Below are positions 33,757 to 42,749 of a stretch of 42,749 nt of DNA, piece after piece. The stretch spans positions 1 to 42,749 of the forward strand of contig JAHJAU010000043.1 of the NCBI GenBank assembly GCA_018813785.1, given 5' to 3'. The position numbers were made by a program, and so were the translations under genes. The stretch's first letter is position 1; each line of letters starts with the position of its first letter. The notes under the pieces were generated by a model that saw only the letters and a list, made by a program, of their open reading frames with translations, had not been told where the DNA came from and did not search any database. This stretch comes from Patescibacteria group bacterium. Lineage in GTDB: Bacteria; Patescibacteriota; Patescibacteriia; SG8-24.

Positions 33757-34542
33757 TCAGCCGGCGGTTGCTGCTTGGACGACCACCTCTGTACCAAGCC
33801 ATTCTTTTGCCATTTCAACAAAATGTTCTGTTCGGTCACTGACGTAAAATTCATGCTGGCCCGGAGTTCGTACAGCCGCATCCAGACCGGGATTATGCGC
33901 CAAGTAGTCAACCAACTCAGCCACGGTATCTTGAGCCGGATCTACCAACTTCACCTGACCGCCAATTGCTTGTCGAATAACTGAACGCAAAAAAGGATAA
34001 TGAGTACAGCCTAAAATTAATGTATCTATGCGAGCTAATCGTAACGGGTGCAGATACTCTTTGGCAATGGAAAGCGTTTCACTATGACCTATCCAGCCTT
34101 CCTCCACCAACGGCACAAACAACGGACAAGCAACAGAATTGATCCTGACTTGTGGGGACAACTGCAACATCTTACGTTCATAAATTCCACTAGAGATTGT
34201 TCCGCGGGTTCCAATCACACCAACTCTCCCCCGGGTAACGCTCGCGGCACGACGTACGGCCGGCATAACCACTTCAAAAATTGGTATATCAAAATTTTGT
34301 CGCAACATTTCTACACCATGAGCTGAAACAGTGTTACAAGCTACGACAATTATTTTTGCTCCTTTGGATAAAAGAAATTCCGCATCTTGTTGAGCATACC
34401 TGCGAACCAGATCCCGACTTTTTGTTCCATACGGTGTGCGGGCAATATCACCAAAATAAACCACCCGTCGGCCGGGTAGCTGTCTAAATATTTCGCTGGC
34501 AACCGTTAACCCTCCAAGACCAGAATCAAATACACCGATCAT
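33757..34542 (-). CDS. murI: Glutamate racemase
   Basis: ORF track, 261 aa. Motifs DSGLGGL, ACNTVS and GCTHYP. Confidence 0.95.
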   Translation of the reverse strand: MIGVFDSGLGGLTVASEIFRQLPGRRVVYFGDIARTPYGTKSRDLVRRYAQQDAEFLLSKGAKIIVVACNTVSAHGVEMLRQNFDIPIFEVVMPAVRRAASVTRGRVGVIGTRGTISSGIYERKMLQLSPQVRINSVACPLFVPLVEEGWIGHSETLSIAKEYLHPLRLARIDTLILGCTHYPFLRSVIRQAIGGQVKLVDPAQDTVAELVDYLAHNPGLDAAVRTPGQHEFYVSDRTEHFVEMAKEWLGTEVVVQAATAG

Positions 34543-34684
34543 AACTTAAGTCACACCTTCATAATTTCTATAAAATCCTCTAAATAATGACAGTCTGAAG
34601 CCCAATTAACAAGAGGAGGTGCGATAACAAAAAACTGACCACTCGGTCAATTTTTACTGTAATAAATTGAATTGATTTTAAAGA

Positions 34685-34906
34685 TTATTGCTCAGCCGTG
34701 CTTTTTTGGCTCAATAAATTGTTGCTTGGGTCATTATTGGCATCGATTGGATCGTGAGCGAAAAATAGATGAACAGCTAGGCCTAAAAAGATAATGATAT
34801 ACAAAAAACGTTTTCCGGCTTTAATAATGTTAATTTTCCTCTGTTTGGCCGGTGCTTTTTGGGACTTTTTAGCACAATTTAGGCCACACTGGATTTGTTT
34901 TCTCAT
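34685..34906 (-). CDS. Small membrane protein (hypothetical, 73 aa)
   Basis: ORF track. Basic N-terminus followed by one TM helix. A strong promoter lies upstream. No clear SD. Confidence 0.4.
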   Translation of the reverse strand: MRKQIQCGLNCAKKSQKAPAKQRKINIIKAGKRFLYIIIFLGLAVHLFFAHDPIDANNDPSNNLLSQKSTAEQ

Positions 34907-34934
34907 TTTTCTTTATTTTGGTTTCTATAAATTC

Positions 34935-34963
34935 ATTATACCAAGTTATCCACATGTGTACAA
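34935..34963 (-). promoter_or_regulatory. Sigma-70-type promoter
   Basis: Minus strand: TTGTAC - 17 nt - TATAAT, with a TGG extended -10 element. Confidence 0.55.
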
Positions 34964-34966
34964 ATC

Positions 34967-35056
34967 TAAATATAGTGCCTGTCACCCTCGACTAAATATA
35001 GTGCCTGTCACCCTCGACAGGTAGTAAATATAGTGCCTGTCACCCTCGACAGGTAG
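34967..35056. repeat. Three abutting direct repeats (26 + 32 + 32 bp), each carrying a hairpin core
   Basis: The unit is taaatatagtgcctgtcaccctcgac(aggtag). Units 2 and 3 are identical and contain CCTGTC-ACCCTC-GACAGG. Unit 1 lacks the last 6 nt. Confidence 0.85.
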
Positions 35057-35133
35057 AAGGGACAGGTACACCTTAAATTTTTCTCACTTTTACTTTAAAA
35101 AATGTCAGACGCTCTTTAAGCGGGCAGAGATAA

Positions 35134-35159
35134 ACCCCATCGCTTGCAAGCAACGGGGT
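35134..35159 (-). terminator. Terminator after the phosphohexomutase gene
   Basis: Minus-strand hairpin ACCCCGTTGCTTG/CAAGCGATGGGGT (two G-U pairs) followed by TTTAT. Confidence 0.45.
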
Positions 35160-35197
35160 AAACTCTAGCGACCACGCCAGGAACACGATATTAAAAA

Positions 35198-36571
35198 CTA
35201 ACTCTCAATCAATTCAGTTAGCTCAACTTTCATTTGTTCCATTTTAGCTTCCTTCTTGGCTTCCAGATTTAATCGTAGCTTGGGCTCAGTGTTTGATGCC
35301 CGAACACTGAACCACCAATCCTCTTCTGGATTTGAGTCAGAGAAAAACTCCATACGCACACCATCAATCCTGATAATGTTTGAAGCTTGAGATCCATATT
35401 TATCTTCAAGAGCACTCAGTACAGCCTCTTTATCCTGCACCTCAAAATTTATTTCACCGGAATGATAATAACGTTTCAGCGGTGCAATCAATTCAGACAG
35501 CGGCTGACCTGTTTCTGAAATTAATTGCATGATCAGCAACAGAACCAAATCGGATGATTCAGCTCCACAAAAATCCCTGAAATAAAAATGATTAGAAAGC
35601 TCGCCAGTAAATACTGCGTCAACTTCACGCATGTGTGGCTTGATCAAGCCGTGTCCAACTCGGGTCATAATTGCCTGGCCGCCAGCCTGTTCGATTTCTT
35701 CAACCACAGCCATGCTTTCACGCACGTCGTATAACACCGCTGAACCAGGTGACTCTTTTAGTAATAAAGGAGCCAATAATGCAGCCAATATGTCACCGCG
35801 CACCACTTCACCGGCTTCATCAACAATTCCGATCCGATCCCCGTCACCATCAAAAGCTACACCTAAATCCGCACTCAACTCAGCCACTTTTGCCTTCAAT
35901 GCATCCAAAGTTTCCTCTTTTAGAGGATTGGCTTCATGGTTTGGAAATCGACCATCGAGCTCTTTAAATAAAACTTCGTACTGACAACCCGGTACACGCG
36001 ATAAAATATCATCAATGATCACTCCTTCCATGCCATTGCCCGTGTCCACGGCCACTTTCAAAGGTTTTATCTTTCCTAAATCAACAGCCGATAAAAGCTT
36101 TTCCAAATAATCGGCTCTGATATCCAGAGCGGTCATTTTACCTTCATTATCAGTTGCTTCGTGCGGGCCAGCCAATGCTAAATCACGAATTTCGTTCATC
36201 CCCGACTCTCCGCCGATTGGCAGTGCGTCAGCCAAACACATTTTTACGCCATTGTATTCACTTGGATTGTGTGAAGCGGTGATCATCATACCAGCTTCGT
36301 GTTCGGTATAATCACAAGCCGCAAAATACATCATCGGTGTAGTCACTAAACCGATGTCTACTACGTTACTACCCTGAGAACGGATACCACGCGACAAAGA
36401 TTCAAATAACGCCGGAGTGGTCTCGCGCATATCACGACCGACGACAATATTTTTTGCGGCTGTAAATTTCACCATGGCCTGACCAATTCGATAGGCAGCA
36501 TCTTCATCCAATTCTTCAGGTGATAAACCACGAATATCGTAAGCTTTAAAAAGTTTGGAATTAATTGGCAT
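35198..36571 (-). CDS. Phosphomannomutase/phosphoglucomutase (alpha-D-phosphohexomutase family)
   Basis: ORF track, 457 aa. Active-site TASHNPSEYNGVK and metal loop DGDGDR. Confidence 0.9.
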   Translation of the reverse strand: MPINSKLFKAYDIRGLSPEELDEDAAYRIGQAMVKFTAAKNIVVGRDMRETTPALFESLSRGIRSQGSNVVDIGLVTTPMMYFAACDYTEHEAGMMITASHNPSEYNGVKMCLADALPIGGESGMNEIRDLALAGPHEATDNEGKMTALDIRADYLEKLLSAVDLGKIKPLKVAVDTGNGMEGVIIDDILSRVPGCQYEVLFKELDGRFPNHEANPLKEETLDALKAKVAELSADLGVAFDGDGDRIGIVDEAGEVVRGDILAALLAPLLLKESPGSAVLYDVRESMAVVEEIEQAGGQAIMTRVGHGLIKPHMREVDAVFTGELSNHFYFRDFCGAESSDLVLLLIMQLISETGQPLSELIAPLKRYYHSGEINFEVQDKEAVLSALEDKYGSQASNIIRIDGVRMEFFSDSNPEEDWWFSVRASNTEPKLRLNLEAKKEAKMEQMKVELTELIES

Positions 36572-36747
36572 AAAATTAATTTAGTTAAATAATATTTAAC
36601 TGAGTCACAAAAAATATCTAAGCCGATTTTTTCTCTAAACTATCCACATTTTTCGTTGACCCAAGCTTATTTTTTACCTATAATTAGGATAGAATTAGTG
36701 TAATCACTTAACAATCGCGGTGCAAATAACGCTTAATCAATGGAGTA

Positions 36748-37335
36748 ATGCACTGCCTAGCCAACTTTATGTCATCACTCACCATAATCACCATCGTCGT
36801 TCTGGGCTTGGTTCTGCTCTTGGCGATGTGGATAATCCTCGTTTATAACGGTCTCATAACTTTACGTAATCGGGTAGATGAAGCCTGGTCAGATATTGAT
36901 GTTCAACTTAAGCGTCGCTATGATCTCATCCCCAATCTGATCGAAACCGTCAAAAGTTATGCTACTCACGAACGTGAAACCTTGGAAAGAGTTGTCGCTG
37001 CCCGAACTGCGGCCATGGGTGCCGAAAACAAGCATGACAAGGCCGAAGCTGAAAATGCCCTGTCACAGACTCTTAAGTCCTTATTTGCCATAGCGGAAAA
37101 TTATCCGGATTTAAAAGCCTCACAAAACTTTCTCCAGATGCAGGATGATCTGAAAGATACCGAAGATAAAATTCAAGCCGCTCGACGCTTTTACAACGCC
37201 AACGTACGTGACTTCAACACGAAAGTTCAGGTCTTTCCTAACAATGTTATTGCTGGCCAATTGAAATTCCGAAAGTACGAATTTTTCGAGATTGAAAACA
37301 AGGAACAACGAGAAAATGTTCAGGTAAAATTCTAA
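36748..37335 (+). CDS. lemA: LemA-family membrane protein
   Basis: ORF track, 195 aa. NRVDEAWSDIDVQLKRRYDLIPNL. The start may instead be Met 8 (36769). Confidence 0.9.
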   Translation: MHCLANFMSSLTIITIVVLGLVLLLAMWIILVYNGLITLRNRVDEAWSDIDVQLKRRYDLIPNLIETVKSYATHERETLERVVAARTAAMGAENKHDKAEAENALSQTLKSLFAIAENYPDLKASQNFLQMQDDLKDTEDKIQAARRFYNANVRDFNTKVQVFPNNVIAGQLKFRKYEFFEIENKEQRENVQVKF

Positions 37336-37362
37336 GCGTAAACTGAAACCGAACTAATGTAG

Positions 37363-37436
37363 AGGTGTAGGAAGTGTAGAGGTGTGAAGCGCGGCCAAAT
37401 AATTGGCCGCAGACACTCTTCTACAGCTCTACACCT
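37363..37436 (+). other. Long imperfect hairpin between lemA and htpX
   Basis: The core GCGGCCAA-ATAA-TTGGCCGC (37391-37410) is extended by AGGTGTAG...CTACACCT and GTGTAGAG...CTCTACAC pairings. GTAGAGGTGT occurs twice on the 5' arm. Confidence 0.5.
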
Positions 37437-37449
37437 TTACGTACTTAAC

Positions 37450-38343
37450 ATGACTACTTACGATTTTATTTCCGCCAACAAACGGAAATCAGTATTATTG
37501 ATAATCATTTTCACGGTTTTGGTCTTGATGCTGGGTGGCCTGATAGATTATGTCTATGAAGGTGGTGGATTTTTTCTGTTTATTGCTGGCGCCTACTCAA
37601 TAATCATCGGTCTGATGGGCTTTTATTCTGGCGATAAAATTGCTCTGGCTGTGTCAGGTGCACGCGAAATTAAAGAGACAGACAATCAATATCTTTATCG
37701 AATGGTGCAAAACCTTTGCCTGACGGTTGGCCTACCAATGCCCAAAGTACACATCATAAATGATCCAGCAATTAATGCCTTCGCCACCGGACGTGATCCC
37801 AATCACTCATCAATCGCCGTTACTACTGGTGCTCTACAACGGCTGGAGAACGAAGAGTTGGAGGGAGTATTGGCGCATGAGCTATCACACATCAAAAATT
37901 ACGACATCCGAGTCATGACTCTAGTCATGGTGCTGGCTGGAACGGTGGCAATCATTGCTGACCTAACCCTACGTTCATTTCTCTGGGGCGGCCGTGGTCG
38001 ACGTCGTGAAGGCGATAACGGTGCTTTACTGATAATCGGTCTGGTTCTCATGATCATTGCTCCAATTGTAGCTCAACTAATCAAACTGGCTGTTTCCAGA
38101 CGACGTGAATATTTAGCTGATGCTTCAGCTGCACTGATCACCCGTTTCCCGGAAGGACTGGCGCGAGCACTGGAAAAAATCGGCCAGCAAGCTCAACCCA
38201 TGGCTCGAGCTTCTGGAGCAACTGCTCACCTGTTCATTGCCAATCCCTTTTCCGGAAAAGCCCTGGCAACCCTATTCTCAACACATCCACCGATTGAAAA
38301 AAGACTGGCGGCCTTAAGACATATGACCGGAGCGAATGGTTAA
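37450..38343 (+). CDS. htpX: HtpX-family M48 zinc protease
   Basis: ORF track, 319 aa, trimmed to Met 23 (MTTYDFISANKRK...) because the upstream part is the hairpin region. HELSHIKN motif and 4 TM segments. Confidence 0.9.
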   Translation: MTTYDFISANKRKSVLLIIIFTVLVLMLGGLIDYVYEGGGFFLFIAGAYSIIIGLMGFYSGDKIALAVSGAREIKETDNQYLYRMVQNLCLTVGLPMPKVHIINDPAINAFATGRDPNHSSIAVTTGALQRLENEELEGVLAHELSHIKNYDIRVMTLVMVLAGTVAIIADLTLRSFLWGGRGRRREGDNGALLIIGLVLMIIAPIVAQLIKLAVSRRREYLADASAALITRFPEGLARALEKIGQQAQPMARASGATAHLFIANPFSGKALATLFSTHPPIEKRLAALRHMTGANG

Positions 38344-38399
38344 AACTTAATACTTTAAACCAGCCAAGAACAAAAATTGCCAAATGTGACGCTTAATCT

Positions 38400-41015
38400 A
38401 TGAATACTGATATCCTCGACAAATTTACTGCTCATCTTAAAAATGCACTGGCCAAATCTTTCTCTCTGGCGGCTGAACTATCCTCATCAAATATTCACCC
38501 GGAACATCTTTTGCTGGCTCTGCTCTCACAACGCGGTAGTATGGGTGGTGAGATTTTACGTCAGGCTAACCTGGGATCAGAAGCCCTGCGCCAAATGTTA
38601 ATCGCCGTTAATCAATTCACTCCGAGCCGAAACATCAGCCAGCCACCTAGATTATCAGCTGAGTCAAAGCGTGCTATCGAAAAAGCAGTTCTTATCGCCA
38701 ACAAATACGATCATCACTACGTAGGCACTGAACACTTGCTGTCCGGAATTCTTGAAATCGGATCACCGGTGGTAAACGCAGTTATGACTGACCAAGAGGT
38801 GGACATCTCGTGGTTACAAAGACAGATCACCACGACTTTAGAGAGTACTTCAAAATTTCCAGAAATCACCGAGACTTTCGAATCTGGACAAGTTCCGGGT
38901 AGACACGGAGCGGAGACCGGAGAACAAACCCTGACTTTAGCTGAAGCCAACTTTCAATCACAAAAAACTCCGGCGCTGGATTTTTTTGCGGTTGATCTAA
39001 CCGATTCGAAACAACAGGAAAATATCGACCCGGTAATCGGACGCGATCAGGAAATCGAGCGATTGATACAAATACTATGTCGTCGCAATAAAAATAATCC
39101 GGTTTTGCTGGGTGAACCGGGTGTGGGTAAAACAGCCATTGTCGAAGGTTTGGCAAAGAAAATTGTTCAGGGGGACGTACCTGAAGTCTTGGCTGACAAA
39201 CGCATTCTATCGCTCGATCTTGGTCTGATGATTGCCGGCACCATTTATCGTGGCGAATTCGAAGGTCGAATCAAACAAATCATAGATGAAGTCAAGGCCA
39301 ACTCGAATGTCATTATCTTTATTGATGAGATGCATAACATCATGGGAGCGGGTTCGACTAATGGTTCGATGGATGCAGCCAACTTGCTGAAACCGGCTCT
39401 GGCCCGTGGTCAGATGCGCTGTATTGGTGCGACCACAATGGCGGAATACAAAAAACATATTGAAACTGACGGAGCTTTAGAACGTCGCTTCCAACCAATT
39501 ACTGTTGACCAGCCTTCACCGGAAGCAACGATGGAAATCTTACGCGGCTTACGCGACAAGTATGAGCAACATCACGATGTCTCTATCGAAGATGATGCCA
39601 TTATTGCCGCGGTAACACTGTCAGAACGCTATCTAACTGATCGAAATCTTCCAGACAAAGCCATTGATCTGATTGATGAGGCGGCGGCCCGGGCTCATGT
39701 TGCTTCTGGCGGTGATGCCAAGAAAAAGCTCCAGACCCGTCTCGAAGGTGAGCTGGAAAAGGTTAAGGCTCGCAAACAAGGGGCAGTTCACAGCGAAAAC
39801 TTCATTGAAGCCCTGAAACTAAAAAGTGAAGAAGAGAAAATTATTCGAGAACTTAAAAAAGCTAAAAGTGCCGGCGGAAAACGAATTCGTGGAGGACGGG
39901 CCAGTATCAACGAAAAACATATTGCTGAAATCATTTCTCAGGCAACTAAAATTCCCCTATGTGATCTGGTAGCTGAAGAAAGAACTCGATTAATTGATCT
40001 GGAGAAACTCTTAACTAAACGAATTCACGGACAGACCGAGGCGATAAAATCCGTGGCCGAAATGGTTCGACGCGCCAAAGCTGGTATGGCTCACCCACAA
40101 CGACCGCTGGCCTCTTTCATGTTTCTTGGCCCGTCAGGCGTGGGTAAAACTGAGCTGGCCAAAATATTGGGCGAAGAAGTGTTCCGAGATCCCGAGGCGG
40201 TCATTCGTATTGATATGTCTGAATTTTCAGAAGGGTTCAATATGTCCAAGTTGGTTGGTGCGCCAGCCGGCTATGTTGGCTATCGCGAAGAAACTAAACT
40301 GACTGACTTGGTTAAACGCAAACCACATGCACTGGTGCTATTCGATGAAATCGAAAAGGCTCATCCCGATGTTCATAACTTACTACTGCAAATTCTGGAG
40401 GATGGACACATTACAGATGCCACCGGACGAAAAATTAATTTCAAAAACACGATCATCGTCATGACCTCTAATGTCGGAGCGATTGAGTTGAAAACGGCTG
40501 GTATCGGCTTTTCGGCCAATGGTCAGGATGTTGGATTAGATATCGGTCAGATCAGCTCAACGATCTCCGGAGAATTAGAGAAATCATTCCGACCAGAATT
40601 TATCAATCGTATTGATAAAATAGTTGTGTTTCGTTCGCTGGATAAAAATGATCTCGAATCAATTGCTCGCTTACACTTTGATGAACTAATCAATCGACTG
40701 TTTGTTAATCACAGTATTGCGCTTCAAGCCGAGGACTCAGCCGTTAAATTAATCGCCGATAAAAGCTGGAATCCGGATTACGGTGCCAGAACAATCCGTC
40801 GACAACTGCAAGAATTGATCGAAAGTCCGTTGGCCAAATCCCTCCTGTCGGAAGAATATCGACCAGGCGACACCATCAAAATTAACGTTGTCGGTGATCA
40901 GGTTGTCTTTACCAAAAACCGCAAGACGCCAACATTAAAAGGCCAGATTTCAACGTCTAATAAGGCCGTCAGCAAAACTAAAAAAACCAAAGTAAATGCC
41001 AAAGCTACCCGATAA
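38400..41015 (+). CDS. clpC: ClpC-type AAA+ unfoldase (Clp ATP-binding subunit)
   Basis: ORF track, 871 aa. Clp_N repeats and two Walker A motifs ([16 protein letters not shown]). An IGF loop (AGIGFSA) suggests ClpP docking. Confidence 0.9.
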   Translation: MNTDILDKFTAHLKNALAKSFSLAAELSSSNIHPEHLLLALLSQRGSMGGEILRQANLGSEALRQMLIAVNQFTPSRNISQPPRLSAESKRAIEKAVLIANKYDHHYVGTEHLLSGILEIGSPVVNAVMTDQEVDISWLQRQITTTLESTSKFPEITETFESGQVPGRHGAETGEQTLTLAEANFQSQKTPALDFFAVDLTDSKQQENIDPVIGRDQEIERLIQILCRRNKNNPVLLGEPGVGKTAIVEGLAKKIVQGDVPEVLADKRILSLDLGLMIAGTIYRGEFEGRIKQIIDEVKANSNVIIFIDEMHNIMGAGSTNGSMDAANLLKPALARGQMRCIGATTMAEYKKHIETDGALERRFQPITVDQPSPEATMEILRGLRDKYEQHHDVSIEDDAIIAAVTLSERYLTDRNLPDKAIDLIDEAAARAHVASGGDAKKKLQTRLEGELEKVKARKQGAVHSENFIEALKLKSEEEKIIRELKKAKSAGGKRIRGGRASINEKHIAEIISQATKIPLCDLVAEERTRLIDLEKLLTKRIHGQTEAIKSVAEMVRRAKAGMAHPQRPLASFMFLGPSGVGKTELAKILGEEVFRDPEAVIRIDMSEFSEGFNMSKLVGAPAGYVGYREETKLTDLVKRKPHALVLFDEIEKAHPDVHNLLLQILEDGHITDATGRKINFKNTIIVMTSNVGAIELKTAGIGFSANGQDVGLDIGQISSTISGELEKSFRPEFINRIDKIVVFRSLDKNDLESIARLHFDELINRLFVNHSIALQAEDSAVKLIADKSWNPDYGARTIRRQLQELIESPLAKSLLSEEYRPGDTIKINVVGDQVVFTKNRKTPTLKGQISTSNKAVSKTKKTKVNAKATR

Positions 41016-41829
41016 CAACGGACTGTTGGAGCGCGAGATGACGTGGCGACAACAACTAGAGCGTGATCGTCAACGACGTTTTGGTGCTGATGAAAAAGAA
41101 AAACCTGAATCGTCTTCAGCTAATTTCGATCTGTCTCCAGCTAATCACGGCTCGGATAATGAACGAACTTGGTCTAATCAACTGGAACGCAATCGTCGCC
41201 AGAGGTTACCAACCCCAGATAGACTGTCTTTACCCGGACCGGGTGCAACAGCGGCGGCTAAAGCTCCCCTGCCGAATATCGGTAAACCTCTACCGACCTT
41301 ACCAGCTAACGGAGCAGCCCCGGGAGAAAAAGGCACAAAAAGTGGCGGCGCATCCTCTTCCTTTGAACCCCAGGCTCCCTCATCGATCGAAACGGCCAAA
41401 ATGGCGGCTCAAGTCGCATCTGGCGTTGGTTTAGGTAAAGTAGCGGCCGAAGAAATGCAAAGTGCTGCTCTGGCGGCTGGTAAGGGATTCATCGCTACCC
41501 TGGGCGCGGTCTGGCAAATCATAAATAAATACGGTCCCTGGCTTTTATTCTTTGGTGTTTACAGCATAATTTTCGAAGACCCCTTCATCACCACTCCTAT
41601 TTTACTGGGTTTACTTTGGGCCTGGGCTATTGGCGCCCACTGGCTTAAAATTAAATGGCTGCGAACATTTAATATTCTAGAGCAGTTGGCTCTGATCACT
41701 ATCTCATCAATCTATATGGTGGCATTCGCTGCTATCGTACTTTTAATCGCCCTGATCGCCTGTGCGAATGATACGACTTGCGCGGTTGAAGCCATTCGAA
41801 CACTGGGTGTAAGTGATCTGCCAATCTAA
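40996..41829 (+). CDS. Hypothetical membrane protein with low-complexity N-terminal half
   Basis: ORF track, 277 aa. Overlaps the clpC end by 20 nt. Internal repeat WRQQLERDRQRRF / WSNQLERNRRQRL. TM helices at the C-terminus. Confidence 0.55.
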   Translation: MPKLPDNNGLLEREMTWRQQLERDRQRRFGADEKEKPESSSANFDLSPANHGSDNERTWSNQLERNRRQRLPTPDRLSLPGPGATAAAKAPLPNIGKPLPTLPANGAAPGEKGTKSGGASSSFEPQAPSSIETAKMAAQVASGVGLGKVAAEEMQSAALAAGKGFIATLGAVWQIINKYGPWLLFFGVYSIIFEDPFITTPILLGLLWAWAIGAHWLKIKWLRTFNILEQLALITISSIYMVAFAAIVLLIALIACANDTTCAVEAIRTLGVSDLPI

Positions 41830-41856
41830 AATTCATTTCGAAAGTTGAATAAATAT

Positions 41857-42749
41857 ATGTTTAAACGCCTGGGACTCATTCTTCTATTCATCGCCGTAAC
41901 CATCGGCATCGGCTATACGCTGTATCGAGTTATTTTTGGTCCAGCTGCCCCACCGGTGACGCCGCCCGGAGAAATCGTTAACGTACCACCAGGAGGTTTG
42001 CAACCAGCTGCGCCAGGAACAGCACCAGGGGTGACAGTTCCGGGTGAAGAGGCTCTGCCACCGACAGCACCAGCCGTTTCGCCAATCGCTAATGGTGGTG
42101 TAACGCAAGTCAAACCACTCACGCGAGTTCAGACCAAAAATGCGACTCTTTCCGCTGCCGGACAGCTTAACTACTACAATCGAGCGGACGGTAAATTTTA
42201 CCGAATCATGGAAGATGGCACGATCAAATCCCTCTCTGAGAGTGTTTTTCACAACGTAGACGAAGCAACTTTTGCTCCGAACGGCAATCAGGCCATTCTC
42301 GAATATCCGGACGGTTCAAATATTTTTTATGACTTCACCAACAATCAGCAGGTTACTCTCCCCCGCCACTGGGAAGATTTCGATTTTAGTCCGCAGGGCA
42401 ATAATATTGTGGCCAAAAGCATCGGTCTGGATCCGGAAAATCGCTTTATTGTAATTTCAAACCCTGACGGATCGTCAGCTCGACCAATTCAAGAACTGGG
42501 TAACAACGCTAATGAAGTTATGGTTGATTGGTCGCCAAACAATCAAATTGTGGCTACTGCCACTACAGGTCGAAAAATGGGGCTGGATCGACATGAAGTT
42601 TATTTCATTGGTCAATATCATGAAAACTTCCGCTCCTTGATTGTCGAGGGACTGAACTTTCAACCGCAATGGTCACCGGGCGGTGAACAGCTTCTATATT
42701 CTTCGGCCAGCGCCCTATCTGATTGGAAACCTCGTCTCTGGATCGTTGA
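41857..42749 (+). CDS. Membrane-anchored TolB-like (PD40 beta-propeller repeat) protein, runs off window end
   Basis: Not in the ORF track because it is open-ended. My translation from ATG 41857 is MFKRLGLILLFIAVTIGIGYTLYRVIFG...PNGNQAILEYPDGSNIFYDF...FSPQGNNIVAKS...WSPNNQIVAT...WSPGGEQLLYSS, with no stop to 42749. The repeated [FW]SP.G pattern is typical of PD40 repeats. Confidence 0.65.
   Translation, partial: MFKRLGLILLFIAVTIGIGYTLYRVIFGPAAPPVTPPGEIVNVPPGGLQPAAPGTAPGVTVPGEEALPPTAPAVSPIANGGVTQVKPLTRVQTKNATLSAAGQLNYYNRADGKFYRIMEDGTIKSLSESVFHNVDEATFAPNGNQAILEYPDGSNIFYDFTNNQQVTLPRHWEDFDFSPQGNNIVAKSIGLDPENRFIVISNPDGSSARPIQELGNNANEVMVDWSPNNQIVATATTGRKMGLDRHEVYFIGQYHENFRSLIVEGLNFQPQWSPGGEQLLYSSASALSDWKPRLWIV

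Noticed and set aside
34794-35024. 76-aa plus-strand ORF
   Set aside because: It is antisense to the 73-aa gene and its promoter and runs into the tandem repeats, so it is an artefact.
34967-35056. Possible mini CRISPR array
   Set aside because: The three repeat units abut directly with no spacers, there are only three, and no cas genes are present.
41884-42669. ORFs 41884-42252(-), 41913-42122(-), 42272-42454(+) and 42475-42669(-)
   Set aside because: They are antisense or out of frame within the open-ended TolB-like reading frame that starts at 41857.

Overview
This 42.7 kb window looks like it comes from a compact, gene-dense bacterial genome. A small-genome uncultivated lineage (CPR/Patescibacteria-like) is my guess only. 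Almost all genes are on the minus strand.

Core genes:
- a tRNA-Thr/Tyr/Thr - rpmG - tRNA-Trp cluster
- tpiA, an M16 peptidase, glyQS and dnaE
- pheST, rseP, murI, a phosphohexomutase, lemA, htpX and clpC
- gene fragments running off both window edges: TrmH-like at the start, TolB-like at the end

The stretch between dnaE and pheT (about 11.4-29.0 kb) is a variable region. It contains:
- an AT-rich type II R-M pair (HTH-fused C5 methyltransferase plus endonuclease)
- three paralogous fused ABC exporters, each its own transcription unit
- two paralogous unknown 170-aa proteins, each divergently placed next to an operon that lies upstream of, and on the same strand as, one of the exporter units
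- an unannotated 55-aa Cys-containing hydrophobic peptide gene directly upstream of one exporter
- a metzincin lipoprotein with a beta-barrel-like partner
- a mini IS200/IS605-type element plus two relic copies of its end hairpins
- a 27-aa membrane peptide gene

A second IS lies at 321-1362, with 29-bp perfect inverted repeats and a zinc-ribbon DDE transposase. Its start codon and zinc ribbon are separated by a +1 frame offset at an A6C run.

The most unusual non-coding signal is a tandem pair of roughly 200-nt structured RNA candidates upstream of glyQS (7290-7707). They have covarying 22-23 bp closing helices, U-tracts and a consensus promoter, and I cannot assign them to a known class.

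No rRNA, CRISPR array or prophage was seen.
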